A stretch of DNA of 64,000 nt from an uncultured bacterium (lineage in GTDB: Bacteria; Babelota; Babeliae; Babelales; Babelaceae). The DNA lies in the NCBI GenBank assembly GCA_963713855.1, contig OY970209.1, forward strand, positions 1,280,001 to 1,344,000, read 5' to 3'. This document shows positions 10,258 to 19,330 of this stretch, in pieces (position 1 is the first letter of the stretch; each line of letters opens with the position of its first letter). The position numbers and the translations under genes were made by a program. The notes below the pieces were generated by a model, which was not told the origin of the DNA, ran no database searches, and saw nothing but the letters and a program-made list of their open reading frames with translations.

Positions 10258-11262
10258 TTATGGTGCGAAGCTTGTAGAAGCCATGAATCCACCATAGAGA
10301 AGGAGGCAAAAAAATAGCACGAATAGTGCACGCGATGCTATGGGATGTGCATGGGATGCATCGCGCAACATTAGTCTCGTTATAGAACCTATTGATGGCC
10401 TTAAGGTATCGTAGCCTGTTAGTGACAGACCCAATATGCTTAGTGATCTATGCCGTGCGGCAATGCCAAGGGAATCCCGCACCAGTTCGTGCAAAGACTC
10501 TGCCATCGCCGCGTTTCTAAGCTCGAAGTGATGCATAATAGCCCTAAAAACAGTGAGGTGATCGTTAAGAGCCGACAGGTTGAGCCCATCCCTCAAAACA
10601 CTTTCAGAAAGCCGTTGCCCATGATGCAGTAAAATAAGGGCGACTGCTTGAAAAGCCCCGTGCGCAGTTGCCAAGAGAAAGAAAAATTCGACGGGTGTTT
10701 TCTTGGATTCATTTTCTATTTCAACGAAAGTTTCCAAGAACTGGAAAAACTCAGGACTATTTTCATCCATGCTTAGCATTTGTGCATAATAGTGCCAATC
10801 GGGCTTTATGTGTTCTATATCGACACCCAATCTATATAAACAGAAAAGCGCTGAATGATTCTTGAATCTGTGCGCCATTTCTACAAGTTCCGCACCAAAT
10901 CGCTTAAGATCTAACACTTTATTAAAGACAAGCCAGCGTAAAGCTAGGTAAAAAGAAGACCAGTTGGGGTTTTTCATGAGAATTCTGAAAGATTTTTCTC
11001 GCAATCGAGCACCTCGCTTACAGAGGATCTCGAGTGCTTTAATATTACCTCCAACTAATGCACACTCAAAAAGCGTCATGCGCCGATGATCTGGTAAAAG
11101 ATACTCCTCAAACGAGAGGGGCAACTGTCCTAGCTGCGAAAGGATATAAGGATCGCCATTTAAAATGAGCATTGCCAAAATATCGTCATCCAAAGGGGCT
11201 TGCATGCAAGCTGTCAAGGAAAACACGCCAAGCAAACACAGTTCAAGTAACAAAGTACGCAT
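10258..11262 (-). CDS. Secreted ankyrin-like repeat protein
   Basis: Signal peptide (LTAC-MQ), degenerate ankyrin units (TLFECALVGGNIKALEILCKRGA; LATAHGAFQAVALILLHHG) and a C-terminal hydrophobic tail. Confidence 0.6.
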   Translation of the reverse strand: MRTLLLELCLLGVFSLTACMQAPLDDDILAMLILNGDPYILSQLGQLPLSFEEYLLPDHRRMTLFECALVGGNIKALEILCKRGARLREKSFRILMKNPNWSSFYLALRWLVFNKVLDLKRFGAELVEMAHRFKNHSALFCLYRLGVDIEHIKPDWHYYAQMLSMDENSPEFFQFLETFVEIENESKKTPVEFFFLLATAHGAFQAVALILLHHGQRLSESVLRDGLNLSALNDHLTVFRAIMHHFELRNAAMAESLHELVRDSLGIAARHRSLSILGLSLTGYDTLRPSIGSITRLMLRDASHAHPIASRALFVLFFCLLLYGGFMASTSFAP

Positions 11263-11321
11263 GCACTAACCTGAAAATGGTATTGAAAAAGATGGGTTCT
11301 AGGCCACCGTTTTTTCCAATT

Positions 11322-11849
11322 TTAGTTGAATGAGCAAAATCCCAAAAGATGGAGACCATTTTCAATGTGTTCTTTTAAGTGCGTTGCGTCTTCATCGCTT
11401 ACTTGATAAATAAGAATACCAAAATTATCGTGCTTTAGGGGCCAAACATAACAGTGGGGATTAGTAAAATCCAGATCCGAGATGAGTTCACGTACCATAT
11501 CTCTCTCTTGAGCACAAGCTTTTTTGTAACTTGAACCGCCCATACCCCGTACATGCTTATTAAAGTGACAACTATTTAAATGGCGATAAAATGTTTGTGG
11601 AAGGGCAATGTCTTCTGAAGCGGTGTGCTCGGATTGATCATAGCCGGCCACCCCCTGAAAGCAATTGAAATCAGGATTATCGACAAAATAAGCTGCTTTC
11701 TCGAGGTTGAAGCATGAATTATGCGATAATTCATGTAGAAGAAGCTCGCTCGTATGCTCTGCATCATATAAAGCTATAATTTTGCGTGGTAGCAAGGTAA
11801 GACGAGACAAGACATGGTGAGGAGTAGATGAGGTTGCGTGCGGCTTCAT
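11322..11849 (-). CDS. Hypothetical protein, possibly GAF-like fold
   Basis: GGAG RBS. The YVWPL..DNFGILIY pattern resembles the end of a GAF domain; this is weak. Confidence 0.55.
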   Translation of the reverse strand: MKPHATSSTPHHVLSRLTLLPRKIIALYDAEHTSELLLHELSHNSCFNLEKAAYFVDNPDFNCFQGVAGYDQSEHTASEDIALPQTFYRHLNSCHFNKHVRGMGGSSYKKACAQERDMVRELISDLDFTNPHCYVWPLKHDNFGILIYQVSDEDATHLKEHIENGLHLLGFCSFN

Positions 11850-12022
11850 GAAGGTCTCCCTTGTGGTTTAAAAGCGTCTTTAAAAGTAGCGTACTTACAA
11901 AAAAATGTATAACCCCTGGAATCAGATTAACAGATAGATTCATTAAAAATCAACTATTGCAAACATATGTCAACGCATGGTAACATTACGTTTATGCGCT
12001 TTTTTTTACTATAGGACACTCT

Positions 12023-13114
12023 ATGACGTTTGTATGGCAGCTTAAGGGAGTTGTCTTTTTAATTTCAATGGCCTTTTGTACTTTATCACTTACCCCAAGA
12101 ACCTGGCAACATAGAGCGGAAGATCCTAACGCACCCGAAGTAAAGACATGCTACGTAGATGACACTAAAGAATACTCGCTCAAAAGCTATGACTTCCAAC
12201 ATAGCACCCTCTTCGAACTTTTTGACCTTAAGCATTTTCAAGAAAACATGCTTCCTTCTGGCCCCATAACGCTTCGCTATAAACCGCAAGAAACTATCGA
12301 TGGCACACTTTTAAGTAAGCACGTTGAAGAATGTTATAAGCAGCTTTCAAAGCCAAGACGGTCAATTAGAAAGCTCAAAAACATGAAATTCCTCAAAAAA
12401 AACAATTTCAACTTCAAAAAAGCAAATGGTCTAGCCATCTTTAGGCTTACAAAACCCCCATTTGACAACTTTGTGGTAAAGCTTTTTATCGAAACACCAT
12501 GCGATCTTGTGCGTCCTTACAAAAAGGATCTTGAGCAAAATTGCCTTTTTGCCATGGGTGGCGGGATAAGTCGCTATTTGGTGGGCTTTACACGCATAAA
12601 GAACCTCCAGTACGCGCGCTCAAAGGTTGCTGCAAGCCCCTACTGGTCTACGCTTGTGGATTTTCCACGAAAATGGTTTTGGGTACCTCCAAGCTGCCGA
12701 TGGTTTACAGTTACGGGATATAATGTGGGAGGCAAAGCCGAACAGTCCATTAAGTTGCCTTCTGTCTATGCAGTCATCTGCGATGCTATTGAGTCAGATA
12801 GAGCGCTGTCAAAGGATGACCCGGACGAAGCGGCACTTGTCATCTCATTAGTACGCTATTTGGGGGAGCACATGGACCCAAATATACCCAATTATATGAT
12901 AGAAAAAAATACCGGCATTGTAGTTTGCTCTGATACTGAGCACTTTCCTAGCAATGTTGGATTGACCGCCCGCTTAGATTATGACAACCACAGGCAGTGG
13001 ATGTTTGAATTAATTAAAAAATATTTTAGAGACAATTTTTTCCGCACGAAGAATGAACGGCTTTCGATGAGGAATGGCAACGGCCAGCGCATTATGAAAT
13101 GCAATGATCGCTAG
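12023..13114 (+). CDS. Secreted hypothetical protein, putative atypical kinase-like fold
   Basis: Signal peptide, FVVKLF, HMDPNIPNY and CSDTE motifs in kinase-like order. Confidence 0.6.
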   Translation: MTFVWQLKGVVFLISMAFCTLSLTPRTWQHRAEDPNAPEVKTCYVDDTKEYSLKSYDFQHSTLFELFDLKHFQENMLPSGPITLRYKPQETIDGTLLSKHVEECYKQLSKPRRSIRKLKNMKFLKKNNFNFKKANGLAIFRLTKPPFDNFVVKLFIETPCDLVRPYKKDLEQNCLFAMGGGISRYLVGFTRIKNLQYARSKVAASPYWSTLVDFPRKWFWVPPSCRWFTVTGYNVGGKAEQSIKLPSVYAVICDAIESDRALSKDDPDEAALVISLVRYLGEHMDPNIPNYMIEKNTGIVVCSDTEHFPSNVGLTARLDYDNHRQWMFELIKKYFRDNFFRTKNERLSMRNGNGQRIMKCNDR

Positions 13115-14463
13115 GCTCCTTTAAGTTGCTCTTCAATCGTTACAAGCAACGAAGCAAAGCTCTTGTCGCGATGCATGAGATCATCAACTTTAGCCACCCC
13201 GTGGATCACCGTAGAATGATCTTTACGATCAAGAAAAACTGCTATCTCCCGCAAGGACCTATCAGTCATCTTTTTCATAAGATACATGCTCACGTGGCGC
13301 GCTGAAGAAAGATCTTTACTTCTTTTGGCTGATTTTAGGTCTGTTACGGTGTAATTAAAGCAGCGAGCAACATGCTTTATAATGGTTGCTAAGTCTATAG
13401 ACGCTTGCTTAACTTCGCGTTTAAAACCTAGCACTTTATCGACAAGTTCTAAGGTAATACTTTGACCTGTAAAGGATGCAAATGCTAGAACACGAATCAA
13501 ACTACTTTCTAAGTCTCTAATGTTGGCAGCCATTTTGGAAGCAATGCTTACGGCAATGTCGTCATTGAGTACCATTTCGTGCAAAGCAGCTTTTTTATGA
13601 ACGATTGCAGCGCGAATATCTAAGGGCGCCGGCTGCAAGTCAGTCACAAGTCCCCCTTCTAAGCGAGACCGAATCCGTTCGGAAAAACCGGTAACATCGC
13701 TCGGTAGCACGTCGCACGTAAAGACTATTTGTTTTCGGGCTGCGTGAAGAGTATTAAAAATGTGAAAGAACATTTCTTGCGTCTGCTCTTTTCGTGAAAT
13801 GTACTGTATATCATCCATGAGAAGGACGTCAGCGCCTTTATAACGCGCTTCAAACTGAGAAATTCGATCAGTACGTATAGCTGAAACAAATTCGTTTACA
13901 AAACGATCAGCTGTTTGATAGATAACGGTTGCCCGCTTATCAAGCATTTTATATTGATTGCCAATAGCTTGAAGAAGATGCGTCTTGCCATAACCTGACG
14001 CACCCCAAATAAGAAGCGGATTGTAGAGAAGACCAGGCTTTTCGATAACAGCACGGGCTGCAGCATAAGCTAAAGAATTATGTGGACCTACAACAAACGA
14101 ATCAAACTTGTGCTGGGGCATAAGCGGCCCGCGACTGAGCACTGGCGGCCTTGGCCTATCTGTAGTTTTTTCAGGCTGCGGTGGAACTTTTGGTTGGTTA
14201 ATTGGCGCCGTATCTTCGCTGACAAATGTTATTCTAAGAGCCGTCTCATTAAGAAGTCTTCCGAGATGCTGACAAAACAGCGCGCGATAATGTGTTTCAA
14301 CCCACTCTTTAATAAATACGTTAGGAGCTTTAAGGTAGACAACCTTATCATGAGCATCCCAGCGTACAAGAGTGACAGCCTTAAACCATGTCTCAACAAC
14401 ACGGCTTCCAACTTCAACACAGACGATTTTAAGAAATTCTTGCCACAGTGTATCTAATACCAC
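13111..14463 (-). CDS. dnaA: Chromosomal replication initiator DnaA
   Basis: FDSFVVG..N, YNPL..GASGYGKTHLL, LLMDDIQ, RIRSRLEGGL, and domain IV RKDHSTVIHG. Confidence 0.97.
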   Translation of the reverse strand: MVLDTLWQEFLKIVCVEVGSRVVETWFKAVTLVRWDAHDKVVYLKAPNVFIKEWVETHYRALFCQHLGRLLNETALRITFVSEDTAPINQPKVPPQPEKTTDRPRPPVLSRGPLMPQHKFDSFVVGPHNSLAYAAARAVIEKPGLLYNPLLIWGASGYGKTHLLQAIGNQYKMLDKRATVIYQTADRFVNEFVSAIRTDRISQFEARYKGADVLLMDDIQYISRKEQTQEMFFHIFNTLHAARKQIVFTCDVLPSDVTGFSERIRSRLEGGLVTDLQPAPLDIRAAIVHKKAALHEMVLNDDIAVSIASKMAANIRDLESSLIRVLAFASFTGQSITLELVDKVLGFKREVKQASIDLATIIKHVARCFNYTVTDLKSAKRSKDLSSARHVSMYLMKKMTDRSLREIAVFLDRKDHSTVIHGVAKVDDLMHRDKSFASLLVTIEEQLKGA

Positions 14464-14565
14464 AGCTTCACACCCTCAAAGCCAACATCAGGCAATCATG
14501 TCTGTATTTTTTCCGTTCGTCGCCATTTTTTGTATAGACATAGTCTACAACAGAAAATAAAAAAA

Positions 14566-14642
14566 TGGTGCGCCCGACAGGAATTGAACCTGTGACCTGC
14601 AGATTAGGAATCTGCCGCTCTATCCGACTGAGCTACGGGCGC
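14566..14642 (-). tRNA. tRNA-Arg (anticodon CCT)
   Basis: Reverse complement GCGCCCGTAGCTCAGTCGGATAGAGCG-GCAGA-TT-CCT-AA-TCTGC...GGTTCAATTCC...GGGCGCACCA; CCA encoded. Confidence 0.95.
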
Positions 14643-15275
14643 TCGACTTATTTAGTATAACGAAAGCTACTAAAATAACGAGCCCAAAACTCACACTTTT
14701 TTACGCAAAAAAAGCATTTTTAAAACCGAATTGAAAAGATTAAAACAGAACAAAAAAATGGCAAGAAAGAAACATTACGTTTCAGGCAAATTTAACTTAC
14801 AAGCATTGATAGTTAGCACTGTCAATCCTCGGCTTTGCAAGATGCGCAAAAAAGCACTCAAAATGCGTGAAGAATTAATTGGCTACTTCCCGTCAAGAAC
14901 CTGCCAAGAACTGTTCAAAGCATTTATTAATTCGATTATCTGACTGTGCAAGTCCAAATTATCCCCGGAAGTTCACCTTAACGAGCTCTTTTTGGTGAAT
15001 GCGTCATTGTATTTTCTTTAGTCCCCATCTATTGGCTTTTAAGACAAAACAAGCGTAGCTTGTCCGCTTAAATCTAACTCACGCACCTCAAAAAAAGTAG
15101 GTGCAGTACCCAATCGACAAACCCAGTGAGAGCAGACTACTTTGAAAATGTCTATTTGTCACAATAGGCGATGCTCTCGAGAAAATATTGTTGACATTTG
15201 ACAAACTAATGTGTTATTTATAAATATAAATTAAGTCGTGATTTGTAACTTAATATCTATATAAAAGGCAAGTTT

Positions 15276-15629
15276 ATGAAAACAATATCTATATCTCTTT
15301 TTGTTGTAGCTTTAAGTCTTAGCGGTGCTTATAGCTTTAGTGCGGGAGCTAGGCAACAAAGCAGTTCCATTGAAGAAGAAAAAGAAATGATTTGCAAACT
15401 TTATGATAAGCTTACCGATATGTTTATACAAAGTGCGTCGTCCGGGAACTCAGCAGATAGAATTAAGGTTGTTCACACCTACAATATACTTCGGATACTC
15501 TTGGGGGCGGCATCGACTCTACCTGAAAAAACAGAATCTTTTGACAAAATAGACAGAGCCTGGTTGAGCGAAGTGGAAAGCAATGCTGGATGTACTTGGT
15601 GGACCCGGCTCGTCAATTATTTAACGTGA
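15276..15629 (+). CDS. Small secreted hypothetical protein
   Basis: AAAGG RBS, signal peptide (AYSFSA) and a downstream hairpin. Confidence 0.7.
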   Translation: MKTISISLFVVALSLSGAYSFSAGARQQSSSIEEEKEMICKLYDKLTDMFIQSASSGNSADRIKVVHTYNILRILLGAASTLPEKTESFDKIDRAWLSEVESNAGCTWWTRLVNYLT

Positions 15630-15682
15630 TCCACAAAAGCATAAATTCTCAAAATGGGCGTTATTAAAAGCTTAATCAAGTG

Positions 15683-15719
15683 CCAGCGGCATCAGTCGTA
15701 AAGATTATGGTGCCGCTGG
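15683..15719 (+). terminator. Stem-loop downstream of 15276..15629
   Basis: CCAGCGGCATCA ... TGGTGCCGCTGG inverted repeat; no strong U-tract. Confidence 0.45.
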
Positions 15720-15856
15720 ATACTAATCTGAGTCACGCAAAACTGATACTAAATGGCTATGCGTAATAGTCTCCCTCTATTTCTACATCGAATGATTTTA
15801 AGCGCGTAAAGCGAAAGACTAGCATGTCCAAGCTTTTTTAAACTTCACCCTGGGAG

Positions 15857-15989
15857 AATGGCTTAACTAGCTTAATATCATCCGTCAATGGCATCTGATC
15901 AAGGTGCTTTAAAAAAAGATTTACGTCATCGCTCAATATGATAAATCCGAAATTTTTTCTTTTGAGCCATACGCCGCCACACGTGTTAA
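15857..15989 (-). pseudogene. Degenerate fragment of an HtrA-like protease paralog (3' piece)
   Basis: Aligns to 18418..18547, including a 35-nt exact match (15890..15924 = 18454..18488). Contains indels. Confidence 0.8.
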
Positions 15990-16146
15990 GTTTTTTATTT
16001 TTTATAACGCACCTTGGTACATCGTGACAAGTTTTGATCTAATTGGCCATAAAACCCAAGGAGATCATTGCAGTCTGAAAATATAATATGTTATTTTGAA
16101 AATGAAGTATCACAATTATAATATTCTTAACCAAAAGGAACTTTCC

Positions 16147-16527
16147 ATGAACACAATGAAACTTATTGCCATGATTATTGGGGGAACGTTGCTTAGTATT
16201 TCTCAGAACACACTATCGACGGGAGACATTCATTTTTGGAATGAAAATGAGCATTTTCCCCTTACGGTAGAAGTTAGCTATAAACTGCCAGGTTGCCATG
16301 ATGATACCTTTACCGTGAAGCCAGGTAGTTGGCAGAAGCTCGAACGTCCCTATCTATCTTTAAAGGGTTGGTGCCCTATCGACAAGATTAACCTTAAACG
16401 AGAAGACATGCGGGGGGCAACTATCCTTGCAAAATCCTTATCATCCTTACCCCTAACCGAAGATATTGTATATATCTTTGGTGACGGGACTGTTGACATA
16501 AGACATATTAGGTCTGATGCTGATTAG
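16147..16527 (+). CDS. Small secreted beta-rich hypothetical protein, inserted within the protease remnant
   Basis: AAAAGGA RBS before the ATG at 16147, signal peptide and two Cys. The ORF track starts at 16096. Confidence 0.7.
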   Translation: MNTMKLIAMIIGGTLLSISQNTLSTGDIHFWNENEHFPLTVEVSYKLPGCHDDTFTVKPGSWQKLERPYLSLKGWCPIDKINLKREDMRGATILAKSLSSLPLTEDIVYIFGDGTVDIRHIRSDAD

Positions 16528-16564
16528 GCACCATTGATCGACTGAAGATATAAAAATAGGGGGG

Positions 16565-16659
16565 AACACTAGCTCTCCCCTTGCATTTACCAAAGCACCA
16601 GCAGAGCTTCCCGGATTTATGGGTGCGCTTATTTGAATAAAGTGTTTCCCAGAAAAATG
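16565..16659 (-). pseudogene. Degenerate fragment of an HtrA-like protease paralog (catalytic Ser region)
   Basis: 16573..16659 vs 18558..18644 shows 10 mismatches in 87 nt. Encodes HFIQISAPINPGSSAGALVNARGE versus HFIQISAPINPGSSGGPLVNAKGE in the intact gene. Confidence 0.85.
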
Positions 16660-16763
16660 AAGATTGCCATTATGCATGATGATAAGGCAATACATGCCAC
16701 AACTTTTAAAACGCCATTGTGCTCATAAAGAACCTACAAAATCAAAAAAGAACATCTTGAATC

Positions 16764-16840
16764 TGGTGCGCCCGGCAGGACTTGAACCTGCAACCAACGG
16801 ATTCGAAGTCCGGTACTCTATCCAATTGAGCTACGGGCGC
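16764..16840 (-). tRNA. tRNA-Arg (anticodon TCG)
   Basis: Reverse complement GCGCCCGTAGCTCAATTGGATAGAGTA-CCGGA-CT-TCG-AA-TCCGT...GGTTCAAGTCC...GGGCGCACCA. Confidence 0.95.
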
Positions 16841-16915
16841 AGATAGAAAAGCTACCTTTAAATTGTATCAAAAAAGCAGAAAAAAGCGAGTTGGCAAAGC
16901 CTAAACGGAAATTCA

Positions 16916-17647
16916 TCAAGCCCGCTTAAAATATCCTAAAAATTCTTTATTTCCACTTGAGCCTTCAATAGGAGACTCGATAACACCCAAGCAGATAAAA
17001 CCCTCTTTTTCTATACCTTGCACCACCGTGTCAACAACGCGTTTATGGATCGAAGGATCTTTTATAACGCCGCCACGGCCAATATCTTCCCGGAGGGCTT
17101 CAAATTGAGGTTTTATGAGCACAATAAGCTGACCCTTAGGTTTTAAAAGGGCAGTTACCGAAGGAAGAACTTTTAAAACTGAGATAAACGAAAGGTCAAG
17201 CGTAGCCATATCTACTAACTCGTCCAGACGCTCTAAATAGCGTAAGTTGGTGCGTTCCAAAATAACAACCCGAGGGTCATTTCGTATTTTTTCATGTACT
17301 TGGCCATACCCAACGTCAACGCCATAGATCTTAACGGCACCGCGCTGCAACAGACAGTCGGCAAAGCCTCCCGTTGAAAGACCAGCATCAAGAACGATAA
17401 GACCCGTTACATCAATACCAAAAGTGTTTAAAGCATGTTCGAGTTTTATGCCTGCACGAGAGACAAAGCGCGTAGTGGGAATTGTAAGCGCAATTGCAGC
17501 CTCTGCGCTCACAGGAGTTCCGGGCTTATTAACAACCTTGCCGTCAACCGTTACTTGATTTTGCATAATATAGCTTTGTAATTGTTGACGGCTGTAGGTT
17601 GGATACAATTCTTGTAAACGAGCATCAAGCCGCTTTTTGTTTTTCAT
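16916..17647 (-). CDS. tlyA: TlyA family rRNA 2'-O-methyltransferase (S4 + FtsJ domains)
   Basis: KKRLD S4 domain, FVSRAGIKL, DAGLSTGGF, VDVGYGQ, DLSFIS, LIKPQFE, SPIEG..GNKEF. Confidence 0.95.
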   Translation of the reverse strand: MKNKKRLDARLQELYPTYSRQQLQSYIMQNQVTVDGKVVNKPGTPVSAEAAIALTIPTTRFVSRAGIKLEHALNTFGIDVTGLIVLDAGLSTGGFADCLLQRGAVKIYGVDVGYGQVHEKIRNDPRVVILERTNLRYLERLDELVDMATLDLSFISVLKVLPSVTALLKPKGQLIVLIKPQFEALREDIGRGGVIKDPSIHKRVVDTVVQGIEKEGFICLGVIESPIEGSSGNKEFLGYFKRA

Positions 17648-19292
17648 GGCCTATTTTTGCTTTAAGAAGCTCCCGCATGGAAGGCGTTACATCGTAATAG
17701 AACATCCTTGCCAATTGCTCCTCTTCAGCAACAATTTCGTTAAACGGTAACACGATAAACATGTTCTGATGCGTTTTAAGTGTTAAGAAATCATTCTTTA
17801 AGCTCTTTTTGAGCGCTTTTCTAACATCTTCAAGATTTTTCACCTCTTCACCATTGACCTCAGTAATAATGCTACCAGGAGCAAGAGTTCTTGCACGTGC
17901 TGCTGTGGATGCTGGAAGAATGTGCGTTAGGACCATCGACCCTTCTAACTGATTTTGAAGCTCAGCATAGCGAGTAAGCTCAGGAGACATTTGAACAAGA
18001 AGCGGTAAATGATCAATAGCAAGCTCCATAAGCACCATGCCACCTATTACTTCGTAGTCAATCTTTTCATAAAGTGGAGATTTTCTACGAACTGGTGCTA
18101 AGGAGGTTCCTTCAAATTTCAACGCGGTCTTAAACTCTTTACCTTGTCGGTAAGCACGTAAGCGGACGGTGTCGCCTAAGGTTAAGCGAGACAGATAATC
18201 GAGGAAAGAGACTTTGTCCTCACTCCACGGCACACTCATTTCACCAAAACAGTCTAGGCGGTAGCCATCAATCTCGTAAAGCATATCACCAGCTTGTATA
18301 CCAGATTTTTCAAGAGGACTTTGAGCTGTAACGCGAGCTACATAAAGACCCCCCGGTTGCGGATTACCAAGAAAATCGGTCATTGATTCGGAGCCCACAT
18401 TTGCTTGAATACCGATAAATGGCTTTCTAACAAGCTTAATATCATCTGTAACGGGCATCTGATCAAGGTGCTTTAAAAAAAGATTTACATCATTGCTTGG
18501 TATGATAAATCCTACATTTTGAGCAGATGGCACACCGGCCGAGTTAACACCAATGCACTCTCCCTTTGCATTTACCAAGGGACCACCAGAGCTTCCTGGG
18601 TTTATAGGTGCGCTTATTTGAATAAAGTGTTGTCCAGAAATATGTTCACGTCCACTGACCATACCATTGGTGCTTTTGATAGATTGCTGATAGCCAAGCG
18701 GATATCCGAGAGCCATGACTTCATCAGCTCTGCGAATTTGGTCAGAGTCACCCATTTTTAGGAAAGGTATTTGACCAAGAACAAGTTTAATTTCTTCAGC
18801 ATCTTTGGGCTTTAGACAAAGCAATGCAAGGTCCCTTTCAGGATTGATGCCAAGCAAGGTCATGTTAAAGCGCCTCTTACCAAAAGAGGGAAGCTGTATG
18901 TAGATAGCTCGCGCTTGATTGATAACGTGAGCATTCGTAATTAAGTGTCCCTTATTATCAATGAAAAATCCGCTGCCAGATGTTTGGTACTGACTCGGCG
19001 ATTTATAAGGCTCAAGCCAGTTAAACTCTGCGACTTCAGAAAAAACTTGTGCAACGGTATCCCTCAATTGAGATTGGAGCTCTCCCCAATGCATACCAGT
19101 GCCAGAAGGACGGTCTGCAAACAGAATCTCGTCAGGCCTTACTTTTTCGGTTTGCTTTTTTTGAAATGACTCCAGCATGCTTTCGATATAATCAAGGCGT
19201 CTGTCACTCTGATGGGAGTACCATTGATAAACACCTAAGCCGATCCCCCCCGAAAGAAGAAGACAGATGAGTAATGACATACTACGATTCAT
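17625..19292 (-). CDS. Trypsin-like serine protease with PDZ domains (HtrA/Deg family), membrane anchored
   Basis: GSGF, TNAHV (His), DLALL (Asp), NPGSSGGPL (Ser), PDZ-like regions and an N-terminal TM. Confidence 0.9.
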   Translation of the reverse strand: MNRSMSLLICLLLSGGIGLGVYQWYSHQSDRRLDYIESMLESFQKKQTEKVRPDEILFADRPSGTGMHWGELQSQLRDTVAQVFSEVAEFNWLEPYKSPSQYQTSGSGFFIDNKGHLITNAHVINQARAIYIQLPSFGKRRFNMTLLGINPERDLALLCLKPKDAEEIKLVLGQIPFLKMGDSDQIRRADEVMALGYPLGYQQSIKSTNGMVSGREHISGQHFIQISAPINPGSSGGPLVNAKGECIGVNSAGVPSAQNVGFIIPSNDVNLFLKHLDQMPVTDDIKLVRKPFIGIQANVGSESMTDFLGNPQPGGLYVARVTAQSPLEKSGIQAGDMLYEIDGYRLDCFGEMSVPWSEDKVSFLDYLSRLTLGDTVRLRAYRQGKEFKTALKFEGTSLAPVRRKSPLYEKIDYEVIGGMVLMELAIDHLPLLVQMSPELTRYAELQNQLEGSMVLTHILPASTAARARTLAPGSIITEVNGEEVKNLEDVRKALKKSLKNDFLTLKTHQNMFIVLPFNEIVAEEEQLARMFYYDVTPSMRELLKAKIGHEKQKAA

Positions 19293-19330
19293 AACTAAAA
19301 TCCTTATGTATTAACTACGTTATTGTGTAC

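Noticed and set aside
16453..16695. 80-aa ORF as a functional mini-protease
   Set aside because: It has only the Ser-motif fragment (GSSAG), lacks the His and Asp regions, and runs into unrelated inserted DNA. Treated as a pseudogene.
14566..16840. Prophage or integrative element bounded by att repeats at tRNA-Arg
   Set aside because: The two similar sequences are complete, distinct tRNA genes (CCT and TCG), not a duplicated 3' end. No integrase or phage genes are present.
16664..16846. Short ORFs overlapping tRNAs (also 37312..37494) and the many antisense or nested 60-170 aa ORFs in the track
   Set aside because: They are shadows of tRNAs or of longer, well-supported genes, with no independent motif support.
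16916..17647. TlyA as a haemolysin/virulence finding
   Set aside because: It is a widespread rRNA methyltransferase family, and nothing in the sequence indicates a toxin role.
15857..18644. Diversity-generating retroelement (template/variable repeat pair) suggested by the protease-gene copies
   Set aside because: The 10 mismatches in the 87-nt alignment involve several different bases in both copies rather than only adenines. The left piece has indels, and there is no reverse transcriptase in the window.
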